From an uncultured Paenalcaligenes sp. (GTDB lineage Bacteria; Pseudomonadota; Gammaproteobacteria; Burkholderiales; Burkholderiaceae_B): a stretch of DNA of 64,000 bases. The notes beneath the pieces were generated by a model. That model searched no databases. It was given only the letters and a program-made list of their open reading frames with translations, and was not told the origin of the DNA. Shown in pieces: positions 58,275 to 64,000 of this stretch (the first letter of the stretch is position 1; each line of letters begins with the position of its first letter). Position numbers and translations under genes: made by a program. Location: NCBI GenBank assembly GCA_947632305.1, contig CANROS010000001.1, positions 708-64,707 of the forward strand, in the 5' to 3' direction.

Positions 58275-58398
58275 ATATGATTAAGATTACATATTATTAT
58301 GTGCGAGATTATTTACCAATTTACCCATCTAAGGCTGATTAATCAATAAGCTCATCGCGTCAACATTAAGCTGTGATATTATGTTATCAAGAACATAT
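58275..58398. promoter_or_regulatory. Two candidate FdsR boxes
   Basis: ATATG-N10-CATAT (58275-58294) and TTATG-N10-CATAT (58379-58398). Confidence 0.55.
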
Positions 58399-58420
58399 AA
58401 GGGTGAATATGGGGACTTCT

Positions 58421-59545
58421 ATGGATGAATGTGCACAGGTCCAAGTCCAAGCGCAGTGGTCTATTGCGGCCGCATCGAATTTGGATCTCAATGTGCTGAT
58501 GCAGCTTTTGGCAGCAGTAGACAAGGTAGGCAATTTATCGGCGGCTGCTAAGCTTGCCCAGTTGTCTTATAGACATGCGTGGGGGGTGATCCGAAACGCA
58601 GAGCAAATCTTAGCCGTGCCGTTAATTGACACCTCGCGACGCCAAGGCAGTAAACTGACTGATTTTGCGCGTCAGTTTTTACATAAATACCGCTTAGCAG
58701 ACCAGAAAACCCAATTGTTTTTAAATGAGCAACAACAGATCTTAAGTACGAGTCTGCAAAACCTGTATAAAAAACAACAGATGATGCTGCGTTTATATGC
58801 CAGTCATGGTTTTGCGGTAGAGGGCTTAATGCGCCAGAAACCATCTCACCAAGAACTCTACATAGAGCTTAATTACCGTACAGGTATGGAAGCCCTAGCC
58901 GCTTTGCAAAAAGGCGAGTGCGATGTGGCCGGTTTTGAGGTGCCCATGGGGCATTACCAAGCCCCTACCTTAGCTATTTATCAGCAGGTGCTGACGCAAC
59001 CCGAGCTCGCATTGGTGTTTTTGGCTCAGCGTAATGTGGGTTTATTTGTTCAAGCAGGCAACCCATTGGGTATTCACTCTATGGCGGACTTGATGCGCCC
59101 CGAAGTTCGGGTCGTCAATAGGCAGCCCGGTTCGGGTTCTCGCTACTTAATGGAGCTCATGATTGCAGAGCAAAATTTGGATGCTGATTTAATATTGAAT
59201 TATGGGGCCACAGAGTTCACACACATGGCGGTGGCAGCCCATGTAGCCAGTGGTATGGCAGATGTGGGTTTTGGCATAGAGACCGCTGCACAGCGTTGTG
59301 GTATAGACTTTATTTCCCTGGCTAAGCAGCGGTATTTCTTTGCATTTCATCGTGACATGATAGATAGTTCCATCATACAACAATTTTTACAGCGCTTAGG
59401 CAGCGCTGAATACCACCAATATATGCAGCAGCTTGCTGGCTATGAAGCCAAAGGCATTGGCACGATTTTTACCTTAGCCGATGCTTTTGGTGAAGACTTT
59501 GGCTTGACTACTTTACAGACCTCCCATGACTGGACGCACTCTTAA
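58421..59545 (+). CDS. fdsR: FdsR-like regulator (ModE/LysR-type HTH + PBP domain)
   Basis: LSAAAKLAQLSYRHAWG, ASHGFAV, NRQPGSGSR, EFTHMAVAAHVASGMAD; start uncertain (58409 or 58421). Confidence 0.82.
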   Translation: MDECAQVQVQAQWSIAAASNLDLNVLMQLLAAVDKVGNLSAAAKLAQLSYRHAWGVIRNAEQILAVPLIDTSRRQGSKLTDFARQFLHKYRLADQKTQLFLNEQQQILSTSLQNLYKKQQMMLRLYASHGFAVEGLMRQKPSHQELYIELNYRTGMEALAALQKGECDVAGFEVPMGHYQAPTLAIYQQVLTQPELALVFLAQRNVGLFVQAGNPLGIHSMADLMRPEVRVVNRQPGSGSRYLMELMIAEQNLDADLILNYGATEFTHMAVAAHVASGMADVGFGIETAAQRCGIDFISLAKQRYFFAFHRDMIDSSIIQQFLQRLGSAEYHQYMQQLAGYEAKGIGTIFTLADAFGEDFGLTTLQTSHDWTHS

Positions 59546-60623
59546 TACTTCTTTGACTTCCTTAGCCCCTTCGCGTCAACCCACTGTGGTGCCGCAACAG
59601 GGGGCTGGTTTGCGTGATCGTTTGCAGCGTCCGCTGCGTGATTTGCGTATTTCCGTCACAGATCGTTGTAACTTTCGTTGCACTTACTGTATGCCGCGCG
59701 AGGTGTTTGGGTCGGATCACGAATTCCTACCCCAGCCCCAATTACTGAGCTTTGAAGAAATTGTACGAGTAGCCACCATAGCTGTACAAATGGGCGTGCA
59801 AAAAATACGGTTAACAGGGGGCGAGCCGTTACTACGTAAACACATTGAAAATTTAATAGCCCTTTTAGCCCAGTTACGCACCCCAGAGGGCAAGCCCGTC
59901 GAGCTTGCCATGACGACGAATGCCACACTGTTGGCGCAAAAAGCACAGTCTATTAAAGACGCCGGCCTCAATCGGGTCACCGTTAGCTTAGATGCGTTGG
60001 ATAGCGCTCGTTTTACTCAATTAAGCGATAGTCAGGTAGCGGTAGAGCGTGTGTTGGCAGGTATAGAAAAAGCCGCCGAGGTAGGTTTGGCGCCTGTGAA
60101 AGTTAATATGGTGGTGCGCAAAGGCATTAACGATGACCAGATCATTCCGATGGCACGTTATTTCAAAGGGCGAGGTCATGCGCTTCGGTTTATTGAATAT
60201 ATGGATGTGGGTAACACCAATGGCTGGAACATGGACGAAGTCCTAACAGGGGCGGAAATTGTGGCCATACTTGCCCAAGAGTTCGATATACAGCCTGTGG
60301 CTTCAGAGTATTACGGTGAGGTCGCTGATAGATATCGTTATACCGATGGCAGTGGCGAGTTTGGCATTATCACCAGTGTGTCAAATCCGTTTTGTGGTGA
60401 CTGTACACGGATGCGTTTGTCTCCTGAGGGACAGTTTTTCTTATGTTTGTTTGCCAGTCGTGGTTATGATGTGCGTCACTTATTACGTAGTCAAGCCACT
60501 AACAACGAGGTTGCCGCTTACTTAATGGAAGTCTGGAGCGGCCGCGCGGATCGCTATTCTGAACTACGTGGTCAGCACCAAGGCCCCAGAGAAAAAATAG
60601 AAATGAGCTATATAGGTGGTTAA
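59526..60623 (+). CDS. moaA: GTP 3',8-cyclase
   Basis: RISVTDRCNFRCTYCMP, FCGDCTR, C-terminal MSYIGG. Confidence 0.96.
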   Translation: MTGRTLNTSLTSLAPSRQPTVVPQQGAGLRDRLQRPLRDLRISVTDRCNFRCTYCMPREVFGSDHEFLPQPQLLSFEEIVRVATIAVQMGVQKIRLTGGEPLLRKHIENLIALLAQLRTPEGKPVELAMTTNATLLAQKAQSIKDAGLNRVTVSLDALDSARFTQLSDSQVAVERVLAGIEKAAEVGLAPVKVNMVVRKGINDDQIIPMARYFKGRGHALRFIEYMDVGNTNGWNMDEVLTGAEIVAILAQEFDIQPVASEYYGEVADRYRYTDGSGEFGIITSVSNPFCGDCTRMRLSPEGQFFLCLFASRGYDVRHLLRSQATNNEVAAYLMEVWSGRADRYSELRGQHQGPREKIEMSYIGG

Positions 60624-61261
60624 TGCATAAGGCGGTAACGGGGGGGATACTGACCGGCGGCCAAGCCCGGCGCTTACAGGAGTTAGGTCCAGTGGATAAG
60701 GGCCTAGTGCTTTTACAGCAGCGCCCTTTGGTGGCTTGGGTGGCTCACACTTTACAGCAATGCAGCACTGGCTCGTTGCTGATTAGCGCAAATCAAAATC
60801 TAGCCAGTTATGCGTCTTATGGCACGGTTGTGGTTGACCCCACCGAATTGCCGCCTTTTCAAGGGCCTTTAGCTGGGTTATGGGCATTGTTAGAGCGTTG
60901 CCCCACCGATTGGTTAATGGTGCTGCCCGTGGATACGCCATTCATCCCTGTTGCTTTGCTGACTGAGCTCTGGACTGCCCAAGCGTTTCATCCCACCGCT
61001 AGGCTATTTTTTATGCAGCACGAGCGGGCGTATCCGTTGTGTCTATTAATACACCGTTCTGTTTTATCTGTTTTGAAGCAGGATGTCTTAGCGGGCGAGC
61101 GTAGGGTGCAGCATTGGTTGTTGCAACAGCACGCTATAGCGGTAGATATGCGTCAGCATCCCGCCGATTACTTTTTTAATATTAATACCCCAGCAGATGT
61201 AAAAAGCGCCCAACACAGGGCGCTTGTTTGGGGTGATGGCTTAGTGCCCCCAGTGTTTTAG
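60623..61261 (+). CDS. mobA: Molybdenum cofactor guanylyltransferase
   Basis: LTGGQARR, DKGL, QGPLAG, PVDTPF, FFNINTP. Confidence 0.88.
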   Translation: MHKAVTGGILTGGQARRLQELGPVDKGLVLLQQRPLVAWVAHTLQQCSTGSLLISANQNLASYASYGTVVVDPTELPPFQGPLAGLWALLERCPTDWLMVLPVDTPFIPVALLTELWTAQAFHPTARLFFMQHERAYPLCLLIHRSVLSVLKQDVLAGERRVQHWLLQQHAIAVDMRQHPADYFFNINTPADVKSAQHRALVWGDGLVPPVF

Positions 61262-62446
61262 GTCATAGTAGGCAACTGTAGCCCCTAGCCCAACGGCTTG
61301 ATTGGCTGGAATACGGGCTAAGCCCGTGCACCAAGCTAAAGAGCTAATAATGGCAGAGCCTTGTTGTGCATGAGGGCTTAAGTATAAAAAACCGTCTGTA
61401 TCAGGGCGTGCTTGGACACGAAGGAATTCTTCGCGTGAGCCTTTAAATACCGTGGTGCTGTCGAGTTTGCCATATAAAACACGTGGCGTAGCGTGGCGGC
61501 GGCCCTGAATAACACGAATCATAGGCGACACCATGAGCGTAAACACCGCAAAGGAAGAAACGGGGTTGCCAGGTAAGCCAACAATAGGGGTGTGGCCTAT
61601 ATGGGCCAAAGCGACGGGTTTGCCGGGCTTCATCCGCACTTTCCAGAGATTCATCTCGCCGCCCAGTTGTTCAATAGCGGGTTTGACTAGGTCTTTATCG
61701 CCTACGGAAACGCCACCTACGGTTAGGACCAGGTCACATTCGTTGCTTAGGGTGGTGAGGGCGGTTTGGATGTCTTCGAGGGTGTCTTTGGCATGTAAAA
61801 CCAAATGTACCTTAGCGTTGAGTTGCTCAACCAAAGCGGCCAGCATGGGGGCGTTGGAGTTATAAATTTGCCCTTCTTTTAGGGCTTGACCTGGGGCCGT
61901 GAGCTCATCGCCTGTAGTTAAAATACCAATTTTAGGAATAGGGTAGACATCGACTTCGGTAATGCCTTGTGAGGCTAAGATAGCAATATGCCCACTGCTT
62001 AGGGTTTTGCCTTTGAGAATAACGGTTTTGCCTTGACTCATGTCCTCGCCACGATAGCGCACATGTTGTGCTTTGTGGGGGGGCTGCTGAATATACACTA
62101 CGTCGCTTTCTTCGGTGCAGTTTTCTTGGATGACAACGGTATCTGCACCCGCTGGCATGAGACTGCCAGTAAATAAGCGTATGGCTTTACCGGTTTCTAG
62201 GGCTTCAGGGATATCGCCAGCATAACAGCGTTGCTGTATAGGAAGGCCTTGACCGGCTTGGTAGTCCTCGAAGCGGATTGCATAGCCATCCATGGCACTA
62301 TTATCTGCTGGGGGAATGTCTAGGGTGGCTTGAATGGTATCGGCTAATATACGCCCCAGCGCAGCCCGGACGGGTATACGTTCACTGCGAGTGGGGCGAA
62401 CTGCAGCTTGAATCAGACGGTCTTGGGCGGTATCAAAATCGAGCAT
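61241..62446 (-). CDS. moeA: Molybdopterin molybdotransferase
   Basis: NSAMDGYA, TGDEL, GGVSVGDKD, KPGKP, LPGNPVS. Confidence 0.95.
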   Translation of the reverse strand: MLDFDTAQDRLIQAAVRPTRSERIPVRAALGRILADTIQATLDIPPADNSAMDGYAIRFEDYQAGQGLPIQQRCYAGDIPEALETGKAIRLFTGSLMPAGADTVVIQENCTEESDVVYIQQPPHKAQHVRYRGEDMSQGKTVILKGKTLSSGHIAILASQGITEVDVYPIPKIGILTTGDELTAPGQALKEGQIYNSNAPMLAALVEQLNAKVHLVLHAKDTLEDIQTALTTLSNECDLVLTVGGVSVGDKDLVKPAIEQLGGEMNLWKVRMKPGKPVALAHIGHTPIVGLPGNPVSSFAVFTLMVSPMIRVIQGRRHATPRVLYGKLDSTTVFKGSREEFLRVQARPDTDGFLYLSPHAQQGSAIISSLAWCTGLARIPANQAVGLGATVAYYDLKHWGH

Positions 62447-62473
62447 AATTACCCTTTACTTTAAATAAGCGGT

Positions 62474-62971
62474 TTAGGATTTGGTTGCACAGTGATCGGC
62501 AAAGTTGCAAGGCGTGTGTTGACTGTTTAGTTGCTCGCGAATTAATCGAGTCCAAGCCAAACGGCCTGCATTAGTGGAGCCAGGAATGCAGAAAATCACG
62601 GTGTTATTGGCGAGCCCAGCGCAGGCATCGGATTGGATGGCCGAGCTACCGATGTCTTCAAATGAGAGCTGGCGAAAGAGTTCACCAAAACCAGTGACGG
62701 TTTGATCAAACAAGGGTTGTAGGGCTGCGATGGTGTTTTTTTGAGGCCCAAAGCCTGTGCCACCATTAGTAATAATGACATGGATGTCAGGGTTAGCAAT
62801 CCAAGCACTAACCGTTTTACGAATGTCGTAAAGGTTGGTGGGGTTAATGGCACGCTCTAAGCACTGGTGGCCGGCACGTTGTAATTGATCTACTAAGTAA
62901 TCGCCAGTGGTGTCATTGGCGCCAGTGCGGGTATTAGAAATAGTTAAGACAGCACAGTTCAATTTAATCAT
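62474..62971 (-). CDS. moaB: MoaB/MogA family protein
   Basis: GGTG, GFGELFR, PGS, PCNF C-terminus. Confidence 0.85.
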   Translation of the reverse strand: MIKLNCAVLTISNTRTGANDTTGDYLVDQLQRAGHQCLERAINPTNLYDIRKTVSAWIANPDIHVIITNGGTGFGPQKNTIAALQPLFDQTVTGFGELFRQLSFEDIGSSAIQSDACAGLANNTVIFCIPGSTNAGRLAWTRLIREQLNSQHTPCNFADHCATKS

Positions 62972-63425
62972 GAGATTCCCATTTAGCTGTTTTCAGCGCA
63001 TCGGCTTCGCGCTGTTCTACCCAGAATTTTTCCCCCGATTGCAGTTTTTCACGTTTCCAAAAAGGCGCGCGGGTCTTGAGTGCATCAATAATGTATTCGC
63101 CTGCAGCAAAGGCATCACCGCGATGAATACTGGTGATGCCTACGAACACAATTTGTTCACCCAATTGCATTTCTCCTACGCGATGGACCACGCAGTAATC
63201 TAAAATGTTCCAGCGTTGTTTGGCGTACTCACAGATATCGGTGATTTCGCGTTCGCACATCCCGGGGTAGTGTTCTAAAAATAAGGTTTCTGTCGGTGCA
63301 GCAGGATTAAAGTCGCGTACATAGCCCATAAAAGTGAGCAGAGCTCCGGCATGGCCTGTGTGTGCTTGGTGTAGGTCTGCAATGAGCTGGGCCGCATTAA
63401 AATCGTGTTCTTGGACTACAACCAT
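62964..63425 (-). CDS. moaE: Molybdopterin synthase catalytic subunit
   Basis: EHYPGM, HRVG, HR, LKTRAPFWKRE; start set at ATG 63425. Confidence 0.93.
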   Translation of the reverse strand: MVVVQEHDFNAAQLIADLHQAHTGHAGALLTFMGYVRDFNPAAPTETLFLEHYPGMCEREITDICEYAKQRWNILDYCVVHRVGEMQLGEQIVFVGITSIHRGDAFAAGEYIIDALKTRAPFWKREKLQSGEKFWVEQREADALKTAKWESHD

Positions 63426-63426
63426 A

Positions 63427-63681
63427 TTAGCCTCCTGTGACGGGCTCAAAGACAGCGACTTCGTCGCCAGGCTCGATAACGGCATCGTGTTCAACGTGAT
63501 ATTGGTTGATGGCGATTTTGAGGCGGGCTTGTAAAGGGCTTAAAGCAGGATAAGCTTGGATTAGGGTCTGGAGCCAGCTGTGTACCGGGGTAGCGTGCTC
63601 TAGGGGCCAGTTTTCTTGGCGTTTTTTTGTTAGCTCTGCCACCTGAGCAAAATACAATACTTGAATAGTAGGGGTGGACAT
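63427..63681 (-). CDS. moaD: Molybdopterin synthase sulfur carrier
   Basis: VLYFA, AIN, GDEVAVFEPVTGG. Confidence 0.93.
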   Translation of the reverse strand: MSTPTIQVLYFAQVAELTKKRQENWPLEHATPVHSWLQTLIQAYPALSPLQARLKIAINQYHVEHDAVIEPGDEVAVFEPVTGG

Positions 63682-63722
63682 TAGCGTTCCTTTGAGTGGA
63701 TAGGAGTCTAGCGACAGAAAGT

Positions 63723-64000
63723 TTAGGACTGGGCTTCCCAGACGCCGGATTTACCGCCTGATTTACGCAATAAACGGGTGTGTTCAATGACTATGCCTTT
63801 ATCAGCGGCCTTGCACATATCGTAGATGGTTAATGCAGCCACACTGGCTGCCATCATGGCCTCCATTTCTACGCCGGTGGTATAAGAACAACGGCAAGTG
63901 GCTTGGATATGCAAAGAATGCTGGGTTGGGTCTAGTTCAAAGTCAATGCCTATATAATCCAGCGCTAAACTATGACATAAGGGGATCAGATCAGCACAAC
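63723..64000 (-). CDS. moaC: Cyclic pyranopterin monophosphate synthase (5'-truncated by window edge)
   Basis: LIPLCH near the window edge, [23 protein letters not shown]. Confidence 0.93.
   Translation of the reverse strand, partial: CADLIPLCHSLALDYIGIDFELDPTQHSLHIQATCRCSYTTGVEMEAMMAASVAALTIYDMCKAADKGIVIEHTRLLRKSGGKSGVWEAQS

Noticed and set aside
643-63787. Numerous 60-160 aa antisense or alternate-frame ORFs inside conserved genes
   Set aside because: They lie wholly within well-supported genes and show no family motifs.
1-64000. CRISPR arrays, cas genes, IS/transposases, integrases, prophage genes, rRNA
   Set aside because: No regularly spaced direct repeats or recognisable ORFs of these kinds were seen by eye; short degenerate remnants could be missed.

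Overview
64 kb of a betaproteobacterial chromosome, most likely Alcaligenaceae (inferred from gene content and order resembling Bordetella/Alcaligenes relatives). It is mostly housekeeping and metabolic DNA. In order: the 3' end of an Orn/Lys/Arg decarboxylase; an RpiR/C45-hydrolase/GlnHPQ-like operon; thyA-folA; coq7; a free-standing ~150-nt structured sRNA with anti-Shine-Dalgarno CUCCUCC motifs; a shortened glycerate operon; an AT-rich pyridine-catabolism island (LIV-type ABC transporter with two in-frame TAA stops, NicX-like dioxygenase, flavin monooxygenase, TetR); a compact glycan locus next to pgm; an MBL/FAD-monooxygenase/DUF2783 operon; mutM and TPR-lolB-ispE-tRNA-Gln-prs-rplY-pth-ychF; a redox-stress cluster; and a NAD-dependent formate dehydrogenase (fdsGBACD, fdsR) with molybdenum-cofactor genes. 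No CRISPR array, rRNA, transposase or phage gene was seen. The best leads for undescribed biology are the C45 hydrolase operon, the sRNA, the partial pyridine island, the MBL operon, the glycan locus and a catalytically eroded thioesterase. All calls come from reading motifs by eye; no database searches were run.
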